DNA of 64,000 nt from Trypanosoma brucei (lineage: Eukaryota). The stretch lies in the NCBI GenBank assembly GCA_000002445.1, contig CH464492.1, positions 1 through 64,000 on the forward strand. Reading direction: 5' to 3'. The notes beneath the pieces were generated by a model. The model saw only the letters and a list, made by a program, of their open reading frames with translations, was not told where the DNA came from and searched no databases. The position numbers and the translations under genes were made by a program. Position 1 is the first letter of the stretch, and every line of letters begins with the position of its first letter. Below are positions 1 to 12,165 of the stretch, piece after piece.

Positions 1-1078
1 GGTGGGAGAGCTCAATTCCTGCTCCATGGTGTTGACGTTCTTCTCTATACCAATGTTGACGCATAGCTCGTTAACCTTCAAACGGAAATATCCTCCAATT
101 AGCTTTTAGCCATGCGTACATGGGCTATCGAAGCCGCGGGCAACTCATTGCATCTGTGTCGTCTACAACGATAACTTCGAACAATATGTGATGGTGATCG
201 CTATCGGGAGAATACAGCGATGTCCACGTGTACACTGTGCAATACCTTGACAGCTGTCCATCATGGGTGGACTCCCCGTGGTGGCACGCGTACCTCGAGC
301 ACTCACCAGTGTTGCAAACCATAAACTGGTTGTCAATGCACCACTGTGTGAGGGTTTCACCCTTGGTATTCGGTGGGCTCGCGCGATCCCATGCCAACGC
401 GTGTGCGTTAGCGTCTGCACCGATGAGCTGGGCACCGTCAGTCGTCAGAAGCGTATCTAGGTCAGTTGCCGTGAATGTGTGTTTTGGTGGGATGTATGCC
501 GACGTGAAGGTCACCGCCTTTCCATGTGTAAGGTGAATTGTTGCATGCACTTGTTCAATGCGACCAACAACGGCCATACCGGTCTCGACTGGTAGGTCCT
601 CCCTCACTAGTATTGATACACCACCTCCTTTGCAGTTACGAGCTATTCCGTGATGTTGGTAGCCATCAACGCTAAAGCAAGCGGCTTCTCAAGGCGTCAT
701 CCTTGTCTCGCTCAACAGACAAAAGGCGATCCGCTCATCAACAAGGGTTTTGTGGAGTGCTAATCTCTTTCCTTGAGATAGCCCGGCGCAGTTCCACTGC
801 ATCCCGCGCAACGACAGGCCGGGATTCTCTTCCACATCACCGGACAGCAGCATCTTAGTGCGGATGATACTGCTGATGGCACGCTGGCACGTGCTCAGGG
901 ACCGACAAATGAAAAAGTGTGTGTCCCAGCAAGACGCTTCTGATCCCTGTGCTGTATGATGCCGTAGCCGGAGCAAAGCAGTGTTCCCCATGAAAGGAAC
1001 GCTGCTGGCTCTTGGCTTCCCCCGATGATACGGGGTACTGGACCCTGGCACCACGTTGAGGTGGCCGGCATCGCCAGG
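1..1078 (-). mobile_element. ingi: ingi/RIME non-LTR retrotransposon, 5' portion (element continues beyond window start)
   Basis: Minus-strand ORF 689..1375 contains LLSGDVEENPGLSLRGMQWNCAGLSQGKRLALHKTLVDE (2A-like peptide plus the ingi ORF N-terminus). ORF 125..607(-) is the APE-like region. The minus-strand terminus at 1078->1021 reads CCCCTGGCGATGCCGGCCACCTCAACGTGGTGCCAGGGTCCAGTACCCCGTATCATCGGGGG, the canonical RIME/ingi 5' end. The block is nearly identical to 34078-34908 and 57067-57916. Confidence 0.9.
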
Positions 1079-1700
1079 GGGTGCAAAGGTAGACAACCAG
1101 CAGACGGTCACGTCACAATGGGCCGCCCTAAAAGCCTCGTGCGCGCTAAACGACGACAACAGCATCACGGCGCACGAACTAACGGCAGCACTAACGGCTT
1201 GGTACGGCATTCTAACACAAGAAGGAGCAGCAAGTGACAACAGCGTCTGGATCGGCAAAAGCAGCAACACAGGGAGCGAATGCGCCGGGACGGCCGGCAA
1301 CACCTGCGTCGAGTACACAAACTTTTTCAAGAAGTCATCAACAACGACACACGAAACACAGCCGTGGTACAACAAGATGCGCCAAGCAGCAGTAGCAATT
1401 GAAAAAAGAGCGCTGCAGCAAGCTCAAGAAAGCCTCTACGCAGCAACGATAGAAACAACTTACGCAAAAGCAATAGCAGTCTACCAGGCGGCAGTTATAG
1501 GCAAACTGGTCCCACCCCTGTCGCAGGCACAGGCCCAAACAGAGCAAAAGGGCGCGGGAAACCCACAGAAATAACAAGCCATTTTCACCGCACACAAAAA
1601 CAACAAAGCTGCTTGTATTGATGCTAACTGCATATGGAAAGGTGGGGAAAGCGGGAAAGGGGAGTGCGAAATAGATAAAAACCAATTTCAGAGCAGTTAA
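1079..1700 (+). pseudogene. VSG fragment (mid N-domain to C-terminus) starting exactly at the ingi 5' end; in-frame TAA at 1572-1574; no hydrophobic GPI signal
   Basis: ORF 1056..1574 is Ala/Thr/Gln-rich N-domain-like sequence (…CAGTAGNTCVEYTNFF…). The same frame continues past the stop as …CIDANCIWKGGESGKGECEIDKNQFQSS*, a CKWEG-type C-terminal motif. It abuts the ingi terminus at 1078/1079. Confidence 0.65.
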
Positions 1701-2179
1701 ATGCGGTAGCAGAAGATGGAGAAAGCAGAGACAACAGCTATAAAAAAGTACAAAGAAAATTAGAATTAGACTGTGCCAAGGCTCTTGGCTGAAAATAGAA
1801 AAATAATGCTTTTAAAAACTCGACCATTCTCGTAAATAAAAAAATTGCTCTTTTCTCACCAAAATTTGTAGTTTAGGTAGAATTTTAGTATTCTAGAACT
1901 CTAAGGATTTTTGCTAAATTTTATAATAATTATGAAATTTTTTTAGATCCTTTTCTAAATATACTATGATTTGATATATTTTAAGACTATTAAATTCAAA
2001 TATTAAAATTAGTGAAAACCATGATAACTAAAAAAAAAATTTTTAAAGTTTGCAATTTGGTATTAATGTACCGTGTGGTTCAACAGCAGTATGGATAATG
2101 GTATGACAAGTTAGTGTTATTCTAATTTACTTTATTTTGTTTATTTAAGTCACTTATGGATACTTGTTAGCATTAAAAT

Positions 2180-2250
2180 AGTGATGTAACGATAATGATA
2201 GGAGAGTGTTGTGAGTGTATGCATATACTACTGTTATAATATGAGTTTTT
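2180..2250 (+). repeat. 70-bp repeat unit (VSG upstream recombination repeat)
   Basis: GTGATGTAACGATAATGATAGGAGAGTGTTGTGAGTGTATGCATATACTACTGTTATAATATGAG matches the TRR/GT-rich/AT-rich architecture of the other units in the window. Confidence 0.7.
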
Positions 2251-3559
2251 GTAGGGAACAATTCGAGGAGAAAAAGAGAAGTCTTTAAAGTAATGAAAAG
2301 GAATGAATTAGAGGAAGTGAATGGGTGGCTTGTTGAGTTATAGGGGAGAAATAAAATTGAATATGCACATTTTCAAATACAAAAAAATGACTGTAAACGT
2401 CATCATATACAAGGAAATATGTGGGGATAAAAGGAGAGAGAGAATAACATATTCAGTCGCATGAAATTGCTACTTTCTTCGAAGTGATGGCGGACGTACA
2501 TTTAGAATATAATGAAATACAGAGAGAAAAAAGTGAATGTGCGGCAAATCAAAGAACAGAAAAAATAATACAGGCTGAGATCGTACCACATATTTCACTG
2601 TATAATGGATAGATGTGACAAATGAAATTATAATAGTGACTGTAGTTTCAAATATGATAGTGGATATTGATTTCAAGCAGTAAAAAAATTCAAAATCATG
2701 AATAATGAGTTCTGTTAGTCAGAAATAATGTCCAAATTTTCTTCTTATCAGATATATTTCTAACGGCAAACATTTACGTCATACAATAAAATATAGCTGC
2801 GAGTGAAATTTTAAAACTGGAACTACTAATGTATTATCGACGTTTAAAAAAGCATGAAGACGCTGAAACTGCTGAAAATAGAACATATATGAAAGGATAG
2901 TAGAATACTATGAAGTACAAAAGTTTGTAATGATACTCTTTCAACTTCTTGCTGATATACTAAGGAGACACTAAGAACTTCCAAGGAACGAGTAATAAAT
3001 ATAAAGAGCTGGTAATGGTGAGTTGGTGGCGCGTATCAGTAAAGCAAAAACAACAAAAAAAGAAATTTCAGACTCCAATTCGCCAGATTTGATCGTCATT
3101 TCCACACAGCGAAACAAAATAATCAAAACCAGGAACAAATGGTCAATCATATGCTGGAGCAACAGCAATGCCATCTTCTTATTCGGAGTTAAAATGAGAA
3201 CTACAAATTAACAAATTAGAGAAAACAGCGAAAACAAAAATTTTAAGTGTTTATATATATATATATATTATAGGTTATATTTAAGACGTTAAATTGATAA
3301 GCTAAAAGTACGCTTTTTACTACAAATAGTCAACTGAGGATGTACGGCACACTTTTCTTTTTTTCAAACAATAAGCACCTTAAAACAAAAAACCTAAGGC
3401 GGCCACGAGACTGACAAAGAAAGACAAAAGTTAACCTGGATGAAATTCACTTTTGAAAAATCGCAGTTTAGAGAAAGTCCAGCAACTAAACACTAAAGTA
3501 AAAAAAAACTCAACTTAGTTCCAGGAGACTAAACGCTAACTCAGAAAGTTACACGGAAC

Positions 3560-4965
3560 ATACGCACCTCTGCATGAAAGAACAGACGGCAAACTCCTTC
3601 CTGAAATTTTAAGCAAAGAAAAATTGAAGAATAAACTAGCAATAGCAGTGGTCACTTTAATTGCGTCGTTTCGAGTAGTAAAGGCACAGCAACCCGCTCA
3701 AGCATGTAAGAGCGTCTGCGGCTGTGCTTACCGAGTAGAGTGAAGAGCAAAGCACTACATTGACGAGCTTGAAAATGCCAAAGCCGGACTCAAGGCGCTG
3801 AAAAGGCAATTATTAGCAGCAATAATAGCCGCGAACACGGGCACGGAGCTGAACAGGCAGCGCACCGTGCCAATTGTAGCAGCGGGAGCAGCTTTAGTAA
3901 GAGACTGCGAACAAGAAAAATCAAACAAAGAAACAGTCACAGCAAAATTAACTAATGCGTCGGCGGCTGCAGCGGCTTTACTCCGTGGCTTACACTACAT
4001 TAGCAAGTCAACACGAATTTACCACCTAACCTGTACGTCAGACTTAAACTTCAACACCGCGGCAAAAACGGCAGCAAATTCCGCTGAACTCAAAACACAC
4101 ATCGCCTGCAACGAACAGCTAACAGAAGATAAAGACATCGACGACAGGGATCCAAACGCGGCGGAGCCCGAAATCCCAGACCTCCTCATCAAGGTGAATG
4201 TCACGAATGATTGCTTATCAGCAAGCACGCCAACAAACTGCGGCGCAAACGACGTAACATCCAGCACGCAGCTGAAGTTCGGACTAAATTTAACAAAAGG
4301 CGCCGCGGCTGACAGCGACAATTTTGCAACAGCCTGGGGAGCGCCGTTAAAAGTAACGGCAGCAGACTTTAAACTTGCAACCCAAGCAATAGTAGACGCC
4401 AATGCGGCATTACAAGAGGCGAAAGAGGCACAAACAGTCATCGCGTGCAACAAAATACTGGCAAACTACGGAGATGTAGCAAGTACAAGCGACTACAGAC
4501 TATTCGTACTAAAAGTCTTAGGAGGTAAACCAATGGCGGAAAAAATCGAAGCAGCAGACGAAACTCTAATAGACACCGCAATCCAACAATCCTACGGCAA
4601 AGCAGGAGAAACCTACGAAGCAGAGTACTGGAAAGAGGTAGAAGCAACGCCAGTACCCAAGGGAGATGGCAAATCTGAAATAAAAGAGGAAGTGAAGAAA
4701 CTCCAAACAACGGCTTCGCGTGGTGCAGGGTTAGCGAGGATTTTTCTAAAAACACAAGTCCAGAAACAGGAACAAGAAAAAGAAAGCAAAAAAGTTAAAG
4801 AAACGAAATCACCAGATTGCAGCAGCAAAAAGGGAATTGAGTGTACGGGAGAATGCGAACTGGTAGAGGGAGCTTGCAAACCAACACAGAAGAGGGATGT
4901 AGAAGAGAAAGTTAAAGGTGGAAAAGAAGGAACAAAAATACAACAAGGAGAAATTTCTTTGTGAT
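3560..4965 (+). pseudogene. VSG-like pseudogene (signal-peptide-like start interrupted by stop; atypical C-terminus)
   Basis: Upstream frame reads …AIAVVTLIASFRVVKAQ… followed by stops. ORF 3867..4964 is an Ala/Thr-rich surface-glycoprotein-like N-domain. It ends …CSSKKGIECTGECELVEGACKP… with a degenerate hydrophobic tail in another frame. It is followed by a 16-mer-like TTGATGTATTTTAACAT and a 70-bp repeat. Confidence 0.55.
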
Positions 4966-5264
4966 TAAAATTCTTCTTTCGCTTGCACTTTTTCTTCTAT
5001 TATTAAATCTTAAAAGAGTTTCTCTCTATTTTATAAAAATTATAAAGTTTCTTATTTTGAAATAACTTTACAAAACTTGATGTATTTTAACATTTTTCGT
5101 TAACAACTGTGCAAACTAATGAAAATATAGAGAATTTGTAAAATCTTAAGATTTTAGTAACATGTATGGTGGTGAACTATGGGGAAAATTCGCAGAGTGA
5201 AAAGATGAAAAAGTAGTGATATACTATTCTATTTTATTTATTGTATGGATGTTAGTCAGGGTTA

Positions 5265-5352
5265 CAACAGTGATAGTGTTGATAGTAATAGTAATAAAGT
5301 AACCGAAACAATGATGATGGAAGTGTGTACATACTAATATTATAATAAAAGT
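5265..5352 (+). repeat. 70-bp repeat unit
   Basis: GGTTACAACAGTGATAGTGTTGATAGTAATAGTAATAAAG…GATGATGGAAGTGTGTACATACTAATATTATAATAAAAG. Confidence 0.7.
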
Positions 5353-6126
5353 AGTGGTGAAAACTAAACTCACATTTCAAAATAAAGAATATGAACTAAT
5401 TTTGAGGCTGGTGTGGGAGTATGTGAGTTTGTCAAACAATAAATGAGACAGATAAATTGAATATTCACAATGTCAAATACATACATAACGGCACGCATCA
5501 TTATGTACAAAGGGATTATAGAGAAGGATATGGGGAAGAGTCAGAGGCTACTGCACAAGAAAAATGGTTCCACTAATTTATCTGCAGTGAAAGAAACATT
5601 ACCCCAAAAATAAGGAAAAAATATGGAATGAAAGAATAAAATGCGCAACAGAAAATCACGGATGAAAATGATACAGTAGCAGGTTGCCGCAGATATTACA
5701 CAAAAACAAATAGATTCTATTTTTGAGGTTAAATTGACTTTGGTTTTTAATCTTATGGTGTATACAGATGTGAAGCATTGATATTTGGAGACAACGATTC
5801 ACGCAGAGGATTGTGGATCAATTGGAGGTGATGAGGGTGAATAATATTTAAAAAGACAAAACAATATTGTTTTAGATCGAAAACACCGCCACCCACTGGG
5901 AAAAATGTCTCTGACAGCATTAGTAATGCACTGAATGCTAAAAACAAATGTACTTTTGGCAGATGCAAACAGGCGGAAACAGAAACAATCACTTTAAAAT
6001 CATCTATACAACAGCTACGCAACACTAACGTGAGCACTAAACCTTCATTCCGCTATCTCCAAATGCAAGGCCAATAAGCGTAGTAAAAAAAAGCACGCGA
6101 TAAATCTAGCTGACCAGCGAAAGTCT

Positions 6127-7650
6127 TTGTCAATGGCCTCAACTGTAGCGGCTACGCCCATACTATTGTTTCTATTGGTGGCCACCACAGCAGCAACAGA
6201 CACGGCAGACACCATAAACGCCTTGGCCACAGACTTTTGCAGACTCGATATCTACTATGACGCTATTCAAACCGAACTTGCAGGCTGGATAACGGCAGCC
6301 AGCTCGACAGCGGTAGCCCTGGAAAAAGAGGCGCGGCAGATGCAACTGGCAGCAGAAATCTACAGGGGCTTCAACAAGGGTGCCGCTTATTATGTTTTAG
6401 CAGTCGTATCCAGCCAAAGCGCTGACAGCGCCGCTAAAACAGCGGAAGAAGCAGCCGCTAATATATTACCAGCGGTGCAGCTAATAACCGCAAGAAGAGC
6501 AGAAGCGGCGACTCTACAATTTTTTGAAGAAACAGCAGCGCTGAAGCCAGCAAAACATACTCCAGCAGCAACCGACCGGACAGCAGTACCGCAAACCGCG
6601 TCTAACACCAAGATCTGCACGGCAGAAGTGCAACCGGAATAAAAATTAGTGAAAGACTGCTCAAGCGCTGAAGGAGCCAAGGCAAGGATCACGAAGATAA
6701 GACAACACCTAGACAAACTGCATAAAATACAGACAGTAAAAACTACGGCGATGAAACCACCCAAAAATCAGATAACAGCAGAGGCCCAGGGGACATTCAA
6801 CAACGCCAATCAATGGGAACCAACAAAGGACAACAAAGCATGCGAACAACACACAAGCGGGGCCGGCACAGGCAGCGCAACAGCAGCAGACGCCACCAAC
6901 GCACTGGCAGTGGCGGCTGTGAAACTCGTCGGGGAGACAACACGATCAGCGCTAGACATAACAACCCAGGGAGCACAACCCAACAGCGAGACACAAGACG
7001 GGCAAGACAAAACAACCGACCGGCGGCTACTAACAGCCGACTCGGCGCTGGCCGCATCCCTGAAGACAGCGATAACAGCAAAGCCTACTCAATATAAGCG
7101 GCTTGCGGACTGGACGATCAGTGACGCGGCAAAAAGTGCCGCAGCCCAAGCGTTCTATAAATTCGCAAGAAAAGCACAAGCCAAAGAAACAGATTCACCA
7201 GTGACAGAAAAAATAGAGGAGGCAATGTTTGGGAAAAAAGACGTCAACATAAAAGATGAATTTATAGACCCTCTTACACGCGACACGCGGATAATTTCAA
7301 CTGAAAACGGAAAAATCGAAAGCAGCACAGAAAACTAAGTGAAAGCAACTTCGCACGGGCCATGGCTTATTATTATAGCGAAAACATAAAAAAGGCAGCG
7401 GTAACTGCAGGAGGCAACCCCAAAGCAGATGGTCAAGCAGCTGCAGGAGCAGACAAAACCGAAGAAAAGAAAGACGGGGACAATAAAGCCATAAAGTCAA
7501 ATTGTTCTAGTAATTCTACATCGGAAGCCTTTACCAAAATGCAGATTTGCAAACTGGAAAATAATGCTTGAAAATATTCCAGTTTTCTTGTAAATAAGAA
7601 ATTGGCTATGAGTATGGCTGCTGCTTTTGTGAGTTTGGTGGTATTCTTGC
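6127..7650 (+). pseudogene. VSG pseudogene (signal peptide present; in-frame TAA at 6640-6642; frameshifts before the GPI signal)
   Basis: MSMASTVAATPILLFLLVATTAATDTADTINA signal peptide. The coding sequence continues in the same frame after the stop (ORF 6649..7338), then shifts frame (7362..7571). A GPI-signal-like NKKLAMSMAAAFVSLVVF sits in a third frame at about 7590-7650. Confidence 0.75.
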
Positions 7651-7904
7651 ATTTTAAGGATTATTGCTCAATTTTATAAAACTTATAAAATTTAATATGT
7701 TGAGAGAAATTGTTGTTCTGACAGACATCTTTAAATTTGATATATTTAAACACTTTTTGATGAAAGAAAAAATATTGTAAAACTCCAAAATATAAAATTT
7801 TTTTGTTTAAAAGTGTTCTATTGATAAAAAGTAATAGGGTTATATGGAACGAAAAACGAGTGCTTCTCCAATTTGGTTTAATTATTTAATGGATATCGGT
7901 TAGG

Positions 7905-8005
7905 GTTATAATAATAATAGTGATATATCAAAATAGTGAAAATTATGATAATAATAATAACAGGAGTGTGTCGTGATTGTGTATATACGAATATTATAAG
8001 AAGAG
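7905..8005 (+). repeat. 70-bp repeat unit(s)
   Basis: GGTTAGGGTTATAATAATAATAGTGATATATC…GATAATAATAATAACAGGAGTGTGTCGTGATTGTGTATATACGAATATTATAAGAAG. Confidence 0.75.
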
Positions 8006-8918
8006 TGGTGGTAAGGGGTAAAATAGAGTGTAAAAATAGAAGTACTCAAGTTATGGGAGGGGTGCAATTAGTGAGTGAATCATTTAGTAAGTGAGAAAGC
8101 TAAAAATAACACAACGAATATTATTAAAAGATGTTTGAGGAAAGAAATGTAGATGAAGTGCGCACAGTCACACACACAAACATGACTATGTGTATTATTA
8201 TACTGTAGGAGATGATGAAGGGAACAATCATGGGAAAACATAGTTAAGTGTTGAAGTGAAATGGAGCCATTACATTGTTTGCAATGATAGAGGTAGCAAA
8301 AAAAATACTAAAGAGAAGGAAATAAAGTATGGAGTGAAACAACGGGATGATCAAAAGCCTACTGGAGAAGGAAGAGGTACAGGAAAAAACTGTGATTCAC
8401 ATTTTACAGAGAAAACTGATAAATGCTAATGTATTTCTCACAAATATAGATTAGAAGTGAATGCAGAGATGTTAGTAACCAAAAACAGTAACAGTAGTTA
8501 AAAAAGATACTGAGATAGACGTCTCGTGATTAAACCGAATGGTTGTGCAGTTATTGCAAAAAAATAGTAACATTCTTAGTAAAGCTGCGCACAGATAGTA
8601 CATCTTGATAATGCAATCCACATAACAATGAATATAGGGAAAATATGAAGAATACAAGGAGTATCAGAATACACACAGTAGAAGGCTAGAGATATACCCA
8701 AATCTTACTACTTAAAAAAATGTAGGTACGTACTCAAAGATAAGATACCAATATTGAGCATAAACAATTCAACAGATGTTCCATAAAAATCAAGGCATTA
8801 CATAAATATAAATACTAATTTCTTAACCAATAACATTATAAGGGAAAGTGACTTCCTTTCAAAAATTTCTGAGCTTTTCTTACAAATCTCTCAAAAAATT
8901 TAAAGGCATGTTAGGGAA

Positions 8919-9699
8919 ATGAAATTTTATATCTTGAGAACTTTACTATTACCGTTTTTATTTCTAAAAGTAGTGTGTTTACACTCAATAACTCTTCAAA
9001 AGGACCAAACTGTAAATAAACAAACAAATATAATAGAGAATAACACTAAGAATCCCAGAGTGTTTGTGGTTGTAGCTCAAACTCATACAACTCAAGTATG
9101 GTGTAAGCTGATATTGAGTTCCAAATTAAGCAAAGTTGATATTATCACAATTGCGATGGAAGGTTTGTACAGCCATGTTAAAAGACCTAGATGAGTTATG
9201 GAATTGTTGGAAAGACATAATGCAAGTGATTAGGATATTATGATAACTGTTGATGGGTCCGATGTTATCCTTAATGATGGAAATAAGTATGAAACTACTA
9301 AAGGTTATTTTATTCCAAATACTGCAGAAAGTGAAAAGAAGTTTAATGGAGATGATATAGTAAAGGAGAAAATAGAGAGATGTTACTAGTTTTTCAATGT
9401 CGTTCACAGGAAAGAAGAGAATAATAAACTTGTGTCATTTACTAAAACCACATCCTACTGAAAAACCTTACCTTGTCGGTGGAAATATAATAACCAGAGT
9501 TTGGGCGTTAAAGATATTTGAGTTTGAATTTAGAGAATCACTTGAAGGAAGTGAGAAATGGTGGTCAGAGCAGAGCATTTACAAACCGTTGTTAATATGG
9601 AGCGTTACACAGGAAGAAGCTGTTGAAAAAAGATTTGTTTTGAAGAGAGTAATGAGCGGATTGGATTATGAGGAGAGGCATTTCTATTCCAAATAATGA
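8919..9699 (+). pseudogene. Conserved VSG-array-associated ORF family with signal peptide, copy a (frameshifted); possibly ESAG3-like (identity unverified)
   Basis: MKFYILRTLLLPFLFLKVVCLHS… signal peptide. Shares …GLYSHVKRPRW…DGSD(V/I)I…KEE(D/N)(K/N)KL…(T/S)GKPYL(V/S)GG.I(I/A)RVWA(L/F)K…WSEQSIYKPLLIWS… with 20146-20625, 40700-41400(-) and 49000-49760. The coding sequence is split over three frames. Confidence 0.5.
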
Positions 9700-10324
9700 T
9701 GAGCTTGGTATAACCTAATTTATTCACTGTCTAGGGCATACAATTGTGTAGGAGGAAAGAGCTAAATTGATTGCTAAATATCTTACTTTGACGCGTGATT
9801 GAAAAGAAGAAATTTTTGTGGGAAAAATATAAAGTAATGTGAAACTTTTGCGATTAGTGAAGATGAATGGTATTTCGAATGTAGAGAGATTTGTGATGGT
9901 GCTTTAAAAAAGGGATATTTGTGTGAGGCTGAGAAAATGTAGCAATCCACAACAGAATAATTTCCCGATAGGCAAGTGGCCGTGACCAAAAGTGGAAACC
10001 CCGCCGAATAACACGGAGTTAGCCACCAGAAACCCCTCATATAAAACTAAAGAAGGCTATATAACGGAGTAGGACAGCGCGGCTTCGTCGCTAGAAACTA
10101 AAGCAAAGACCTCTCCAGCCAAGCGAAGAACTCATTAGCAGAGCAGCCGGGCTAAAACCGAGCGGAGCTGTAGGCATTGTGCAAACAACAAAATAAAAGC
10201 ACCCGGTAAAGTTAGTATGTAACAAATAATATGTTGTGACCAAAAGGAATCTTGAAAATGCAACCACGCGATGCTCCAAATATTCTAACTCACAAGAAGT
10301 AGAGTCGAAGAAGCCAAAAGACAA

Positions 10325-11866
10325 ATGCTCTCGGATACCGCCCCGGTTACAGCAGCTAGCGTCTTACTCGTCTTTGTTCTACAGCCCAAGGCAGAGGCGG
10401 CACCAGGGGAGGAGCTGGAAAATGCACCGGCTTTCTTCGCCCTCTGCAACGTCATACGCCAATGTCAGAGGGGTTTCACAGCACAAGCTGTAGAACTTGC
10501 GGAAGCAGCTGAAGCAGCATATAACAGCATACTGGCAGCGGAACATTTAGCAAGTACCAACAACAGCTATGTACTTGAAAAAATATTAGCCCAAGAAAAT
10601 GGCCTTAGAAAGGACCTCAAACCGTTGCCTGTGACGCCATTCGGCATAACGGCTCGGAAGCTGATAAACGATACAGCCGCAAAAGCCAAAGAAACTAAAA
10701 ATGCACTGGACGCAGCGGCGAAAGCAGCGAAGGACGAAGCGGCCGCAGCAAACAAATTGCTCGCAGCGGCAATAACAGGCGACGGCGAACTGAGGGACGA
10801 CCAAGACGACGGCAGTGGCTATTTTACGGCCGCAACAGCTAGTAAGATGTTCGGCACGGGGGCGAGCCAAAACGAAAATTGCGGCGGCAGCGGCGGTAAT
10901 GGCAATAACTTAGGTATCTCGATTATCAACGATCTGTTCTGTATTTGTGTGCGCGGCACTACAGGCAACAAAAAGGTCTGCCACGCAACCGCGACAGCCA
11001 AAGCAAGCGGCGCACACGACTTCACCAACAGCGGCAATAACAACAAAAACGCGTACGCAGCGTTGATGGCACAGTGCCCAAAGACGCTAAGGACGGTGAC
11101 GCCAGCATCGCTAGAAGCAGCCATCGCTGGATATAACAATCAGATAGGGACTCTGGTACACACCGTAAGTGGTAGCCACGAAGACGCCGGCTACATAGTA
11201 GGCTACGCCCACACAGGCAGCAAACGCTGCGAGGGAACCAACAGCCAAGTATGCATCAATTACAAAAAGCTGCTAGACAAAAAAGACGCAGCAGCAATAC
11301 CCTGGCAAGTAAAAATAGGTCAAGCAATAGAGAAACGACCCAGCAGCGCCGTCGTTCAAGAAATCAAGGCAGGGACCCAAACACTGGCCCATATGAACCT
11401 AACAGTCTGGCAGATCTACTACTCAGCACTCAGCCACACAGAAACCCAAGGCGACCACTCACCCAAATTACTGGATAGCAAAAAATTCGAAGAATGCAAG
11501 GAGCACAAACCAAAAAAGACGTGTAAAGAAAAGGGTTGCAAATGGGAAGAAAAAAATGAAACAGATGGAACATGCAAACCTAAAGCAGCAACAGAAAACA
11601 CAGCGGGAGCAGGAGAAGGAGCTGCAGGAGAACAAAAGAAAGAGGAGAAATGCAAAGGGAAATTGGAACCCGAATGCACCAAGGCTCCTGAATGCAAATG
11701 GGAAGGAAGAGCGTGCAAAGATTTCAGCCTTTATTTAATTAAACAATTTGCATTAATTTCCTCTGTTTTTATAAGTTTGTTAGGGGTTTTAGCATTTTTA
11801 AGAATTTTTCCTCAAATATATGAAATTTACGAACTCATGAAGATTTGGTATTTTGATACAATTTGA
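10325..11866 (+). CDS. VSG: Variant surface glycoprotein (a-type N-domain), 513 aa; ORF reads through the normal GPI-signal stop (atypical C-terminal extension)
   Basis: [25 protein letters not shown] signal peptide; N-domain cysteines; C-terminal …[43 protein letters not shown]… then about 30 extra residues; 70-bp repeat upstream and AT-rich 3' flank. Confidence 0.8.
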   Translation: MLSDTAPVTAASVLLVFVLQPKAEAAPGEELENAPAFFALCNVIRQCQRGFTAQAVELAEAAEAAYNSILAAEHLASTNNSYVLEKILAQENGLRKDLKPLPVTPFGITARKLINDTAAKAKETKNALDAAAKAAKDEAAAANKLLAAAITGDGELRDDQDDGSGYFTAATASKMFGTGASQNENCGGSGGNGNNLGISIINDLFCICVRGTTGNKKVCHATATAKASGAHDFTNSGNNNKNAYAALMAQCPKTLRTVTPASLEAAIAGYNNQIGTLVHTVSGSHEDAGYIVGYAHTGSKRCEGTNSQVCINYKKLLDKKDAAAIPWQVKIGQAIEKRPSSAVVQEIKAGTQTLAHMNLTVWQIYYSALSHTETQGDHSPKLLDSKKFEECKEHKPKKTCKEKGCKWEEKNETDGTCKPKAATENTAGAGEGAAGEQKKEEKCKGKLEPECTKAPECKWEGRACKDFSLYLIKQFALISSVFISLLGVLAFLRIFPQIYEIYELMKIWYFDTI

Positions 11867-12094
11867 TAAATTTTCAAACAATTTTATATATTCTAACACT
11901 TTAATTTTCATCTTTTTACTAATTTACAAAATATAATCAAAGAGACTTAGTAAAATTATAAAATACAAGCTTTAGTAAAATGTGCATGATAGTAGCGTAT
12001 AAATGAAAAGTAGTACAGAGATAGTGTACAAAAATTAGTGAAATTCCAATTTTGTCTACTTGATTTATTTTATGGATATTAGAAGAAATTTATG

Positions 12095-12165
12095 GTTTTA
12101 ATAATAATGATGGTAGGAGAGTGTTTTGAATGTGTATATACTAATGTTGTAATGTAAAAACGATG
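12095..12165 (+). repeat. 70-bp repeat remnant
   Basis: TAATAATAATGATGGTAGGAGAGTGTTTTGAATGTGTATATACTAATGTTGTAATG. Confidence 0.6.

Noticed and set aside
7881-7925. TTAGGGTTATAA motif at the leading edge of several 70-bp repeat blocks (for example 5250, 7905, 14925, 19240, 48020) resembling a telomere hexamer
   Set aside because: There is a single hexamer-like copy per site, embedded in the conserved leader of the 70-bp repeat. It is not a tandem telomeric tract. Only 18290-18345 and 52046-52240 contain genuine multi-copy hexamer runs.
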